From Planctomycetota bacterium (GTDB lineage Bacteria; Planctomycetota; UBA8108; SXIK01): a DNA stretch of 64,000 bases. The notes beneath the pieces were generated by a model. It saw only the letters and a program-made list of their open reading frames with translations. It did no database searches and had not been told where the DNA came from. Both the position numbers and the translations under genes were made by a program. The stretch covers positions 4,160,001 to 4,224,000 of the forward strand of contig CBDCXR010000004.1 of assembly GCA_965223845.1 (NCBI GenBank), read 5' to 3'. Positions 9,669-19,502 of this stretch are shown here, piece after piece; positions within the stretch are counted from its first letter, which is position 1; the number at the start of each line of letters is the position of its first letter.

Positions 9669-10322
9669 CTAGGAGTCGAGGAACGTCAGCCCCTCACGCA
9701 CAGCGAACTTCGTGAGCTCGGGGAGGCTGTCGATCTGAAGCCGCTCCATGATGTGTTGGCGGTGCGTCTCGACGGTCTTCACGCTGATGTCGAGCACCAG
9801 GGCGATCTGCTTCGTCGTCTTCCCTTCGGCGAGGAGCTGGAGTACTTCGCGCTGACGATCGGTCAGTCCGGCGCCGGCCGTGGCGAACCGCGCCGCCAGC
9901 TTCTCGACGTACGCCTCAGCCCCATCTTCCGTGATGAGCGGACTCAGATAGATTCGACCCGAGAGAACGGTCGCGATGGCCTCGGCAAGCTCTTCGATGG
10001 CGCATTCCTTGAGGACATACCCGCGCGCCCCCGCCTCCATCATGCGATGGATCATCCGCTCTTCGGCATGCATCGAGAGGGCGATGATCTTGACGTGTTC
10101 GCAGGCGCCTCGGATCTGCGTCGTCGCCTCGACGCCGTTGAGGCCCTTCATGGCGACGTCCATGATGGCGACGTCGGGCGAGAGCCTACCTGTCAATTCG
10201 ACGGCCGTACGGCCGTCGGCAGCTTCGCCGACGATAGCGTACTCGTCGCGATCCTCGAACCAGCTCTTCAGCCCGTCGCGAACAATTGCATGGTCATCCA
10301 CCAGCAGGACTCGAGTCGTCAC
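9669..10322 (-). CDS. NarL/LuxR-family two-component response regulator
   Basis: LLVDDH, phosphoacceptor IMDVAM, GYVLK, and C-terminal LTDRQREVLQLLAEGKTTKQIA...SVKTVETHR HTH. Confidence 0.95.
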   Translation of the reverse strand: MTTRVLLVDDHAIVRDGLKSWFEDRDEYAIVGEAADGRTAVELTGRLSPDVAIMDVAMKGLNGVEATTQIRGACEHVKIIALSMHAEERMIHRMMEAGARGYVLKECAIEELAEAIATVLSGRIYLSPLITEDGAEAYVEKLAARFATAGAGLTDRQREVLQLLAEGKTTKQIALVLDISVKTVETHRQHIMERLQIDSLPELTKFAVREGLTFLDS

Positions 10323-10762
10323 TGCGCCGCTCCGTCATCTCTCGGTGGCTCTCCATCACGGATCCGCGCGATCTCGTGCCCACGCGAAGAGCACGCCGAT
10401 TATAGGCGACTGGTCCGTTATTTGCAGAGCGAATCGGAGTCGGCGCACCCCATCGATTTCCCGAACAACAACATCGCCGGCGGGCGTTCGGCGCTGTTCT
10501 CTCCGCCCTCTCTCGGCGGTTAGGCGACGGCCGCTCGAAGTCCCAACCCACGGCCTCGCGGACGACATCGCGAAGCGGACCAACGGAGATTCTGGACGAA
10601 TCGTCGATGATTCGCGACCGAGAAGCCGGCCGAAAGGATCGCCCGTGGTCCGCACCGACGGCCGATCCCGGCGACTTGGACAGGCTCCCATCCCGAGTTC
10701 CTGACGTACGATGTACGTCCTATCGTTCCCCTCGTAGACAAGACTCAAGCGAACGAAACGTC

Positions 10763-11218
10763 ATGCGACTCCCCGATTCCAGCTCAGACCAAAATGGCGT
10801 ACCCGCCGCGTCGCGGCCCGATTCCGAATCGGATCCCGGGAAGCTCGACCAAGTCCGGGACATCCTCCTCGGTCCGCTGATCGACTCGGTCGAGCGCCGA
10901 TTCGACCGTCTCGAAGATGGGATCTCTGAGCTACGGCGCGAAGCGGAAGCCCGGGCGAACGCGATCGAGATGGAGCTGCGCCGCGCCGTCGAGGAGCTGA
11001 GCGAACGCGCAAAGCGGGACGACGCGGATCTCGGCGATCGTCTGACTGCGCTCGGGAGAACGGTCGAGGAGAACCTGAACGCACTCCGAAGCGATCTCGC
11101 GCGTGATTGCGAGAAGATCCGCGCGGCTAAGGTCGATCGAGCTTCCCTCGGGACGCTTCTCCAGCGGGTCGCGGAAGAGGTCGCCCGCGCGGAGGAGCCA
11201 GAGGGTGGAGCGGAATGA
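10763..11218 (+). CDS. Coiled-coil hypothetical protein, first gene of the GTPase/kinase operon
   Basis: LDQVRDILLG...helical heptads...KVDRASLGTLL; ends 10 nt before the next start. Confidence 0.75.
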   Translation: MRLPDSSSDQNGVPAASRPDSESDPGKLDQVRDILLGPLIDSVERRFDRLEDGISELRREAEARANAIEMELRRAVEELSERAKRDDADLGDRLTALGRTVEENLNALRSDLARDCEKIRAAKVDRASLGTLLQRVAEEVARAEEPEGGAE

Positions 11219-11228
11219 GGACGACACC

Positions 11229-13598
11229 GTGAAACCGCTCCAGCCGAAACGACCGACCTCCCCGCGCGCCGAGGGCTCCACGCCGCCGCCGCGCGGCGTC
11301 GACTCGGGCGCGCGTGGGTCGACGCCGGACGCTCGCGGGTCCGCGGAGACGGACGCCGCGTTCGAGCAACTGAGAGAGCTCCTAGCTCCCGACGAACGCC
11401 CGCTCGAAGCCGAAGAGGTCAGCCGCGTTCTCCCCGAAGCCGTCCACCTCCGATCGAAGCGCGATGCGAAGTTGAATCGCGCGCTGACGCCGACGATCGA
11501 GGAGGCGATTCAAGCGTCCGTTCGACGCGATCCGCAGCAGATCGCGACGGCGATCTACCCGGCGCTCGGTCCGGCGATTCGGAAATCGATCACCGAGACA
11601 CTCGCCGGGATGATTCAGTCGCTCAACGAGGCACTCGAGCACAGCGTGAGCCCGCAAGGCATCCGCTGGCGCATCGAGGCGTGGCGAACCGGGCGCCCGT
11701 TCGCCGAAGTCGTGCTGCTCCACACTCTCGTCTATCGCGTCGAGCAGATCTTTTGGATCGAGAGGGCGAGCGGCGTCCTCCTTCAGCACCTCGTCGCTCC
11801 TTCCGTACGCGCGCAGAGCGGCGATCTCGTCTCGGGAATGCTGTCGGCGATCCAGAAGTTCATCGAGGATTCCTTCGACGTCGAGCAAGGCGACACGCTT
11901 CAGTCGCTTCGCGTCGGCGATCTCACGGTGTGGGTCGACGGTGGCTCCCAAACCGTTCTCGCGACGGTGATCCGAGGCAATCCACCGCTCTCGTTTCGAA
12001 GCAAGACCACGGCGACGCTCGAAACCCTCGAAATCGAGCACGGTGCCGCACTCGCGGAGTTCGACGGCGACACCTCGAGCTTCGAAGTCTCGCGCCACGA
12101 GCTGGCGGCGTGTCTCGAGGAGCAGAAGCAGGTCGGCGCCACCGCGAAGAAGGGAAAGATGAAATACGCGCTCGCGCTCATCGCGATCGTCGTCTTGCCG
12201 TTTCTTCTCTGGGGTTTCTTCTCCTGGCGCGAATCCGGACGCTGGTCAGAGCTCCTCGCCGCACTCGATCGAGAGCCGGGGATCCTCGTCACCGAAAGCG
12301 GAAGCGAAGACGGATCACGCTCCATCGCCGGACTCCGCGACCCGCTCGCGCGCGACCCAGCCGAGCTCGCGGCGGCCGTCGGGCTCGATCCGGATGAGAT
12401 TCACTGGCGGTGGATCGATCACGCCGCGAAGGAGTTCGACGAGACGCGCATCCGCGCGGCGCTCGAGTTGCCCCCCTCGGTCGAGATCTCGATCGTCGAC
12501 GGAGCCGTCACCGGCAGCGGCTCGGCGACATCGGACTGGATTCGCGCGGCGCGCGACCGCGCACTCGCCGCCGGCGCACTCAGCGTCGACTTGAGCGGAG
12601 TCGCGGAAAGCGACGCTCACGCGCGCACTCTCGCGCGAGCGCGAAACGTGCTCGATCCTCCCGCGTCGGTCGACTTGCAACTCCGAGAGAACACGCTCGT
12701 TCTCGCCGGACGCGCGCCCGAAGCATGGATCGCCGAAGCGAGCATTCTCGCGCGCGCGATCGACGGCGTCGGCGCGATCGACGCGACGGGGGTCGAGCCG
12801 GCCGATCGCGCCGAACGCATCCTCGCGCGCGTTCACACCGTGCTCCAGCCTCCCCCGAGTGTCACGCTCACGCTCGAGGGTGACGTCGTCGTGGCGTCGG
12901 GTGAGGCCGAGGACGCCTGGATCGAACGGGCGCCGTGGCTCGCGCGTTCGATCGAGGGCGTCAGGTCGTTTCGCGGCGAACGGTTGAGGAGCACCGACCG
13001 CAGCTCGCGCGTCGTGCGCGAGGCTCGACTCGCGCTGCGCGCACCCGCGAGCGTGACGCTCTCGTTCTCCGGGGGCGTCCTCTTCGCTCGTGGTCGCGCC
13101 GCGCACCAATGGATTCTCGAGAGCCGGCGTCTCGCGCCCTTCGTTGCACGGGTCGAGAGTTACGACGATGGTGCTCTCATCGACATCGACGCCGAGGAGT
13201 TCGCCGCGATCAAAGCCGCCATCGAATCGGTGGAGATCTACTTCGAGGCGAACACGATCCGCCTCGCCGAGGGAAGCGAAGCAGGGATTCCGGCGGTCGC
13301 CGCGCGCATCGCGGAGATCGTGCCCGCGGCGGAACGCCTCGCGCTCGAGTTCGAGATCGCCGTCATCGGCCATCTCGACAACGTGGACCAGCGCCCCGTG
13401 CGATCGGAGCTCAGCCGCGCCCGGGCGGCGAAGGTGATCGATCTCCTCGTCGAGACGGGTGTCCCGCGCGATCGGCTGAATCTGCTCGACGCCGGCGCGC
13501 GCCACGCGGCTTCGGCGGACGCCGACGCGAGTCGGCGACGACGGGTTTCTTTCGAGGTGTCGACGCGTGGAGCGACGGGCGACGCATCCCGGCCATGA
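11229..13598 (+). CDS. Membrane protein: cytoplasmic domain, TM helix, four BON-like repeats, C-terminal OmpA-like domain
   Basis: TM ALALIAIVVLPFLLWGFF; four repeats of type L.PP.SV.L......L...G.A...WI; C-terminal IYFE...IGH.D.....ELSRARA..V...L...GV...RRRVSF. ATGA overlap with the GTPase gene. Confidence 0.82.
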   Translation: MKPLQPKRPTSPRAEGSTPPPRGVDSGARGSTPDARGSAETDAAFEQLRELLAPDERPLEAEEVSRVLPEAVHLRSKRDAKLNRALTPTIEEAIQASVRRDPQQIATAIYPALGPAIRKSITETLAGMIQSLNEALEHSVSPQGIRWRIEAWRTGRPFAEVVLLHTLVYRVEQIFWIERASGVLLQHLVAPSVRAQSGDLVSGMLSAIQKFIEDSFDVEQGDTLQSLRVGDLTVWVDGGSQTVLATVIRGNPPLSFRSKTTATLETLEIEHGAALAEFDGDTSSFEVSRHELAACLEEQKQVGATAKKGKMKYALALIAIVVLPFLLWGFFSWRESGRWSELLAALDREPGILVTESGSEDGSRSIAGLRDPLARDPAELAAAVGLDPDEIHWRWIDHAAKEFDETRIRAALELPPSVEISIVDGAVTGSGSATSDWIRAARDRALAAGALSVDLSGVAESDAHARTLARARNVLDPPASVDLQLRENTLVLAGRAPEAWIAEASILARAIDGVGAIDATGVEPADRAERILARVHTVLQPPPSVTLTLEGDVVVASGEAEDAWIERAPWLARSIEGVRSFRGERLRSTDRSSRVVREARLALRAPASVTLSFSGGVLFARGRAAHQWILESRRLAPFVARVESYDDGALIDIDAEEFAAIKAAIESVEIYFEANTIRLAEGSEAGIPAVAARIAEIVPAAERLALEFEIAVIGHLDNVDQRPVRSELSRARAAKVIDLLVETGVPRDRLNLLDAGARHAASADADASRRRRVSFEVSTRGATGDASRP

Positions 13599-14095
13599 TC
13601 AAGAAGAAGATCTGCATGCTCGGGGCCTTCGCCGTCGGCAAGACGAGCCTCGTCAGCCGGTACGTGGAGAGCCTGTTTTCCGAAGACTACCTGACGACGG
13701 TCGGCGTCAAGGTCGATACGCGCCTTCTCGTAGTCCGCGGCATGGAGGTCCAGCTCGTCATTTGGGACATCGCCGGTGAAGATGACGTTCACCAGATCAA
13801 CCTCGCTTACCTGCGCGGAGCGAGCGGATACCTCGTCGTCGTCGACGGTACCCGCCCCGAGACGGTCGATGTCGCGCTCGAAATCCTCGAGCGGTCCGCC
13901 GACACGGTGGGTGCGCTCCCCCACATCGTGTGCGTGAACAAGAGCGATCTCGACGATGACTGGGCGATCGATCGCGACTCGCTCGCAGCAAAAGGCGTCG
14001 AGGACTTCGTTCGCGTGAGCGCGAAGACGGGCGAGGGCGTCGAGAGAGCGTTCGAACGTCTCGCGGAGCTCATGATCGAAGGGATGAGGTCGTGA
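13595..14095 (+). CDS. Rab-like small GTPase (prokaryotic Ras superfamily, Rup-type)
   Basis: G1 GAFAVGKT, G2 YLTTVG, G3 WDIAG, YLRGA, G4 NKSD, G5 SAK; 166 aa, no C-terminal lipidation motif. Confidence 0.93.
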   Translation: MIKKKICMLGAFAVGKTSLVSRYVESLFSEDYLTTVGVKVDTRLLVVRGMEVQLVIWDIAGEDDVHQINLAYLRGASGYLVVVDGTRPETVDVALEILERSADTVGALPHIVCVNKSDLDDDWAIDRDSLAAKGVEDFVRVSAKTGEGVERAFERLAELMIEGMRS

Positions 14096-15273
14096 TCCAG
14101 TCGCACGAACCCCTCGCTCAGTTTCTCTCGCACCTCGCGGAACGTGATCGCTCGGTCGTCTACCTCCGCACCGATCGCGAAGGACGTCTCCGCGAGAAGC
14201 GAGGAGACGTCGAGCGGTACGGTCTCGCCGATCTCGAGGTCGGCACACCGGTTCAGTCGCGAGTCGCCGCGCTCCTCGGCTCCGTTCCGCTCGGCGGCGA
14301 GCCCGGGTGCCTGCCGCTCGTCGAGCTTCACCCCGGAGCGATCGTCGACATCCATCTGGTCCCGGATGTGCGAGACGACTGGATCGTCCTCATCGACTCG
14401 TCCACGGAGGCGCAGCGCCGGCGCGCGATCCAGCAGGAGCAGCACGACCTCGCGCTCGCGCGCGCGAAGCTGCGCCGACTCTCCGCGGAGCTCGATTCGC
14501 GCTCGGTCGACGAGGTCGGCGCCGGGTCGGACGCGCGTTCGCCGGGGCGAGAGTTCGATCGCGAAAGTGGAAGCGCGCCAGTGGAGAGCCCGGACGATTC
14601 CGACTCCGAGCTCCTCGCGTACGAACGCCGTCTCCGGCGCCTCGCGCTCGACCTCGCTCGAGCCGAGGAGGCGGAGCGACGGCGAATCGCGGTCGGTCTC
14701 CACGACGACGTCGGTCAGCTTCTCGCGGCGACGCGGATGAAGGTGTCGCTCCTCCGGGAACGCGCGTCCGAGGAGCGAGTGCGGTCTCTCGCCGAGGAGG
14801 TCGCGGATCTACTCTCGAGTGTCATCCGGCACACCCGCAGTCTCACGTTCGAACTCGGCTCGCCACTCGTTCGGGACGCCGGTCTTCGAGCTGGGCTGGC
14901 GAAGCTGGCCGCAGATGTGGACGAGCGCGGCCCGTTCTCCGTGACGTTCCATGCTCCCGGGGAGATCCCCGAACCGACCGAAGAGATCCGAATCCTCGTC
15001 TACCAGGCCGTCCGCGAGCTACTGTTCAACGCGACGAAACACTCGGAAGCGCGCCGCGCTGCGGTCGAGGTTGCCGTAAGCGCGGGGACGATCGAAATCT
15101 GTGTGAGAGACGACGGCGTCGGCTTTCGTCCTTCCCGCCTCGAGAACCGCGACACCCGCGGGTTCGGCCTCACATATCTCCGTGAACGGCTCGACGAGCT
15201 GAACATCGATTTCTCGGTCCGTTCGGCTCCCGGCGAAGGCACGCGCGCTCGTCTTCGGATACCGACCGACTGA
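14092..15273 (+). CDS. Cytoplasmic sensor histidine kinase (HisKA_3 + HATPase_c) with N-terminal PAS-like region
   Basis: ERRRIAVGLHDDVGQ H-box, RELLFNATKHS N-box, VRDDGVGF, GFGL, GEGT; no TM segment; GTGA overlap with the GTPase stop. Confidence 0.92.
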   Translation: MIQSHEPLAQFLSHLAERDRSVVYLRTDREGRLREKRGDVERYGLADLEVGTPVQSRVAALLGSVPLGGEPGCLPLVELHPGAIVDIHLVPDVRDDWIVLIDSSTEAQRRRAIQQEQHDLALARAKLRRLSAELDSRSVDEVGAGSDARSPGREFDRESGSAPVESPDDSDSELLAYERRLRRLALDLARAEEAERRRIAVGLHDDVGQLLAATRMKVSLLRERASEERVRSLAEEVADLLSSVIRHTRSLTFELGSPLVRDAGLRAGLAKLAADVDERGPFSVTFHAPGEIPEPTEEIRILVYQAVRELLFNATKHSEARRAAVEVAVSAGTIEICVRDDGVGFRPSRLENRDTRGFGLTYLRERLDELNIDFSVRSAPGEGTRARLRIPTD

Positions 15274-15283
15274 GCGGGCGCCC

Positions 15284-17125
15284 CTAGGTGCCCGGAGTCA
15301 TCGGCTTCGATTTCGCGATCCACTCGCGGACCACGTCTCCCAGAATCTCGAGCGGAACGGGTCCGGTCGTCAGAACGAGATCGTGGAACGCGCGCAGATC
15401 GAACGCCTCCCCGAGCGCCGCTTCCGCCTCGCGCCGAAGCTTCTGGATCTCGAGCATTCCGATCTTGTACGCCGTCGCTTGCCCGGGCATCACGATGTAG
15501 CGCTCGATCGCCTTGACGCAGTCGCCTTTCGGGTTCGGAGTGTTCTCGAGGAGATAATCGATCGCTCGACCCCGCGTCCATTTGAACTCGTGAATTCCGG
15601 TATCGACGACGAGCCGACACGCTCGCCAAAGCTCCATCGCGAGCCGGCCGAAGTCGGAGTACGGATCCTCGTAAAAGCCCATCTCTTTCGGCACGAGCTC
15701 GGTGTAGAGCGCCCAGCCTTCGACGTACGCGGTGTAGCCGCCGTAGCGTCGAAATCGCGGCAGCGTCTCCTGCTCCTGTGCGATCGAGAGCTGCATGTGG
15801 TGTCCGGGAATCGCTTCGTGGTAGGCGAGCGCCTCGGCTTGGTAAATCGGCATCTCGCTCATCGCGTAGAGATTGGCGTAATAGACCCCGGGCCTCTTCC
15901 CGTCGGGCGAGCCGGTCTCATAGAACGCCTTTCCCGCCGACTTTTCGCGGTAGGCCTCGACGGGCTTCACGACGAGAGCGGCCGTCGGCTTCGTGACGAA
16001 CAGCTCGTCGAGCCGCTCCGCGATTCCATCGATGTACCTCTGCGCGAGGTCGAGGTACGCCTGGCGGCCCGCGGCGTCGTTCGAAAAGTAGAAACGCTCG
16101 TCTTCGCGGGTGTAGCGGAAGAAATCCTTGAGCTTCCCCTCGAACTCGACGCGCTTCATGATCGCGCGCATCTCGTCGTGAATCCGCCGGACCTCCTGAA
16201 GCCCAATCTCGTGCACGCGCTCGGCGCCGATCTCGAGTGTCGTCGCGCCCGCCAAGCGATGTTCGTAGTACTCCGCCCCGCGGGGCAGTTTCCAAACACC
16301 GTCGTCGGTCGTCGCGAGCGCCTGCTCGCGCTCGAGAACTCCGATCAGTCGCTCGTACGCGGGTCCCACGGATTCGACGAGAGCTCCGCGCGCGCGATCC
16401 GTCCACTCTTCCTGCTCCGCCTCGTCGAACTCGAGGGCTGCGATCTTCTTCGTGACGTCCGCGAAGATCGGCGACGGCGAACCGGAGCCATCGAACGGCG
16501 AACCGCGGAGTACGTTGCGGCAATCGTCGAGCACCATCGGGAAGACGAACTGCGGCGGACGCACGCCGAGCTCCGCACGCTTCTCGAGGCCGACGACGAG
16601 CTGGTCGAACAGCGATTCGATCCCCCGAAGGCGCGTGATGTACGCCGCGAGATCCTCCGTCGTCTCGACGCGATGCTGATTGATGAGAAAGGCCGGCACC
16701 TCCGCGTGAAGCCCGAACATCTGATTCACGGGATAGCTGTGAAACCGCCACTCGTGACTCGCGAGCTGGCGCTCCGCCGCGTACTCGAAGAGGCGGTAGC
16801 TGAGCTGATCGCGCGGGTGCAAGGACTCGAATGCGAACTCCGTTCGGAGCCGTTCGAGCTCTCGACGCCTCAGCGCCACGGTCTCGTTCTTGAACTCGTC
16901 GGACAAGTCGTCCCACTTGTCGTAGTTCGTTTTGATGCCGAGCCGAGTCTGGAACATCGGACTCCGAGCGAGTCGCTGCTCGAACGACGTTTCGAAAAAG
17001 GCGGCGAGCCGCTCGCGTTCACTCTCCGGCGACGCCGAAGAGAGGAGCTGACAACCTGCGAGCAAGAAAGATGCGACGGCAGTGCCGCCGGCGGAAACGA
17101 GACACGCGCGCAGTGGCGAGTTCAT
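15284..17125 (-). CDS. DUF885 family lipoprotein (M3-like metalloprotein)
   Basis: Lipobox LLAGC; HEAIPGHH, EGWALY, RACRLVVDTG, PGQATAYKIG, FH motifs. Confidence 0.92.
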   Translation of the reverse strand: MNSPLRACLVSAGGTAVASFLLAGCQLLSSASPESERERLAAFFETSFEQRLARSPMFQTRLGIKTNYDKWDDLSDEFKNETVALRRRELERLRTEFAFESLHPRDQLSYRLFEYAAERQLASHEWRFHSYPVNQMFGLHAEVPAFLINQHRVETTEDLAAYITRLRGIESLFDQLVVGLEKRAELGVRPPQFVFPMVLDDCRNVLRGSPFDGSGSPSPIFADVTKKIAALEFDEAEQEEWTDRARGALVESVGPAYERLIGVLEREQALATTDDGVWKLPRGAEYYEHRLAGATTLEIGAERVHEIGLQEVRRIHDEMRAIMKRVEFEGKLKDFFRYTREDERFYFSNDAAGRQAYLDLAQRYIDGIAERLDELFVTKPTAALVVKPVEAYREKSAGKAFYETGSPDGKRPGVYYANLYAMSEMPIYQAEALAYHEAIPGHHMQLSIAQEQETLPRFRRYGGYTAYVEGWALYTELVPKEMGFYEDPYSDFGRLAMELWRACRLVVDTGIHEFKWTRGRAIDYLLENTPNPKGDCVKAIERYIVMPGQATAYKIGMLEIQKLRREAEAALGEAFDLRAFHDLVLTTGPVPLEILGDVVREWIAKSKPMTPGT

Positions 17126-17374
17126 ACGAGTACGTCCTCTTGCTGACGAACGAATCCGACTCGACCGAGCGTTGCGGACCGGAACGAGCACGGGGGAGCC
17201 CGCTTGACGGGTGGCGGACAGTGTCTCCGATGCCGCTCGCGCGTCCAGAGCAAATCATGCCGCGCGACGATTCCGGCGCGACGAGACCTTCGCTCCGCGG
17301 CAAGAGTCTGTTACGGTCGGGAGGCTCTCCTCCACCGCCCGCGCGATTCCTCGGTTTTTCTTGTGAGACCAGCG

Positions 17375-19453
17375 ATGATCCGATCCTCCTTCACTTTGGC
17401 GATTCTGCTCGCCGCATCCGTCTTGAGTGTGCCTTCGAGCGCGCGTGAACGAGGCGAGGCGCGACAGCCGAACATCGTGTTTTTCCTCGCCGACGATCTC
17501 GGCTGGACGGATCTCGGCTGCTACGGAAGCACGTTCTACGAGACACCGAACCTCGATCGGATCGCCGCCGAGGGAATGCGCTTCACCGACGCGTACGCCG
17601 CCTGCCAGGTCTGCTCGCCCACCCGCGCGAGCATCCTCTCGGGAAAGTATCCGGCTCGCCTCGACACGACCGATTACTTCGGCGGTGCGAGGCGAGGGAA
17701 ACTGCTGCCTGCGCCCTACCACCGGCAGCTCCCGCTCGAAGAGGTCACCCTCGCCGAAGCCCTTCGGGACGCGGGATACAAGACGCTCTTCCTAGGGAAA
17801 TGGCACCTTGGAAGCGCGCCGTTTCTTCCGGAGGCACAGGGATTCGACGTCAACGTCGCCGGACACGGAGCCGGGATGCCGGCGTCCTACTTCGCGCCGT
17901 ACCGTCGAAAGAACCGCTCGTACTTCGACGTTCCCGGTCTCGAAGGGGCGGCGGAAGGCGAGTACCTCACGGATCGCCTGACGAGCGAGGCGCTCCGGCT
18001 CATCGATCGCCATCGCGACGAGCCGTTTCTCCTCTACCTCTCTTTCTACTCCGTCCACACCCCGCTTCAGTCGAAGCCGGAGTACGCGGCGAAGTACCGA
18101 AAGAAGGCGGCCAAAGTGCGCTCCTCCTCGCTTGCGAAGTTCGTTCCGGAAGGACGACGTGAAGCGCGACAAGTGCAGGATCACGCCGTGTACGCGGGGA
18201 TGGTGCAAAGCCTCGACGAGAACGTCGGTCGCGTTCTCACGCGTCTCGATGATCTCGGTCTCGCCGACAAGACTGCCGTCTTCTTCACGTCGGACAACGG
18301 CGGACTCTCGACCTCGGAGGGATCGCCGACGGCGAACGTGCCCCTTCGCGCCGGCAAGGGGTGGATCTACGAGGGCGGGATCCGCGAGCCGCTGCTCGTC
18401 CGCTGGCCGGGAACGATTCGCGCGGGAAGCGTGTCGCCGGTCCCGGTGACGAGCACGGACTACTACCCCACGATTCTCGACCTCGCGGGCCTCCCGCCGC
18501 GTCCGGATCAGCACGTCGACGGTCGAAGCTTCGCCGGAGTGCTTCGCGGGGGCGAAGCCGTCGAGCCGCGCGCGCTGTTTTGGCACTACCCGCACTACGG
18601 GAATCAAGGTGGATCTCCGAGCGGTGCGGTTCGTCTCGGCGACTACAAGCTGATCGAGTTCTTCGAAACGGGTCGCGCCGAGCTCTACAACCTTCGCTAC
18701 GACATCGGCGAAAGCCGCGACCTCGCGGCGAATCAACCGGCGCGCGCGCGGGAGATGCTCGATCTTCTCCGAAACTGGCGGAAATCGGTCGATGCGAAGA
18801 TGCCGACACCGAATCCGGAGTACCGGCCGCCGGTGCCGCGTGTTCTCCTCATCGGCGATTCCATCGCGCAAGGCTACGCGCCAGGAGTGAAGACACTCCT
18901 CAAGGGAAAGGCCGACGTCCACACGATCCCGATGAACGGCGGTGCGACGAGTCGCGGGCTCGAACGGCTCGAGGCCTGGGTGGGGAATGGAGAGTGGGAT
19001 GCGATCCACTTCAATTGGGGTCTCCACGATCTCTGCTATCGACGCGACGGCGCGCCCGCGTACGGTAACCGCGATAAGCAGAGCGGTGTCCTCACGACGA
19101 CTCTCCTCGAGTACGAGCGAAACCTGAGTACGCTCGCCGCTCGGCTGAGCTCGACTGGCGCGAAGCTCATCTGGGCGACGACGACCCCCGTTCCGGAAGG
19201 AGAGGCCGGACGGTTTCACGGCGACGCGGCGCGCTACAACGCGGTCGCCCAGCGAGTGATGGATCGATTCGGAATCCCAACGAACGACCTCTACTCGCTC
19301 GTGCTTCCACGTCTCGGCGAGTTGCAGAAGAAGAGCGACGTCCACTTCACGGGCGACGGATCGCGAGTCCTCGCGCGAGCCGTCGCCGAAGCTCTTGCGA
19401 ACGGACTCGGGCTCGAGCTCGACCCGACGCCGACGAGCAGTGCGGCGAAGTAG
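17375..19453 (+). CDS. Sulfatase fused to a C-terminal SGNH/GDSL hydrolase domain
   Basis: PNIVFFLADDLG, CSPTRAS, GKWHLG, SDNGG, YEGGIR; then LIGDSI, FNWGLHD, WATTTP, DVHF. Confidence 0.92.
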   Translation: MIRSSFTLAILLAASVLSVPSSARERGEARQPNIVFFLADDLGWTDLGCYGSTFYETPNLDRIAAEGMRFTDAYAACQVCSPTRASILSGKYPARLDTTDYFGGARRGKLLPAPYHRQLPLEEVTLAEALRDAGYKTLFLGKWHLGSAPFLPEAQGFDVNVAGHGAGMPASYFAPYRRKNRSYFDVPGLEGAAEGEYLTDRLTSEALRLIDRHRDEPFLLYLSFYSVHTPLQSKPEYAAKYRKKAAKVRSSSLAKFVPEGRREARQVQDHAVYAGMVQSLDENVGRVLTRLDDLGLADKTAVFFTSDNGGLSTSEGSPTANVPLRAGKGWIYEGGIREPLLVRWPGTIRAGSVSPVPVTSTDYYPTILDLAGLPPRPDQHVDGRSFAGVLRGGEAVEPRALFWHYPHYGNQGGSPSGAVRLGDYKLIEFFETGRAELYNLRYDIGESRDLAANQPARAREMLDLLRNWRKSVDAKMPTPNPEYRPPVPRVLLIGDSIAQGYAPGVKTLLKGKADVHTIPMNGGATSRGLERLEAWVGNGEWDAIHFNWGLHDLCYRRDGAPAYGNRDKQSGVLTTTLLEYERNLSTLAARLSSTGAKLIWATTTPVPEGEAGRFHGDAARYNAVAQRVMDRFGIPTNDLYSLVLPRLGELQKKSDVHFTGDGSRVLARAVAEALANGLGLELDPTPTSSAAK

Positions 19454-19502
19454 ATCTTGCTCCGGTCGAGCAAACGTTCGCCCCGAACGAGAGAATCGCG
19501 CG

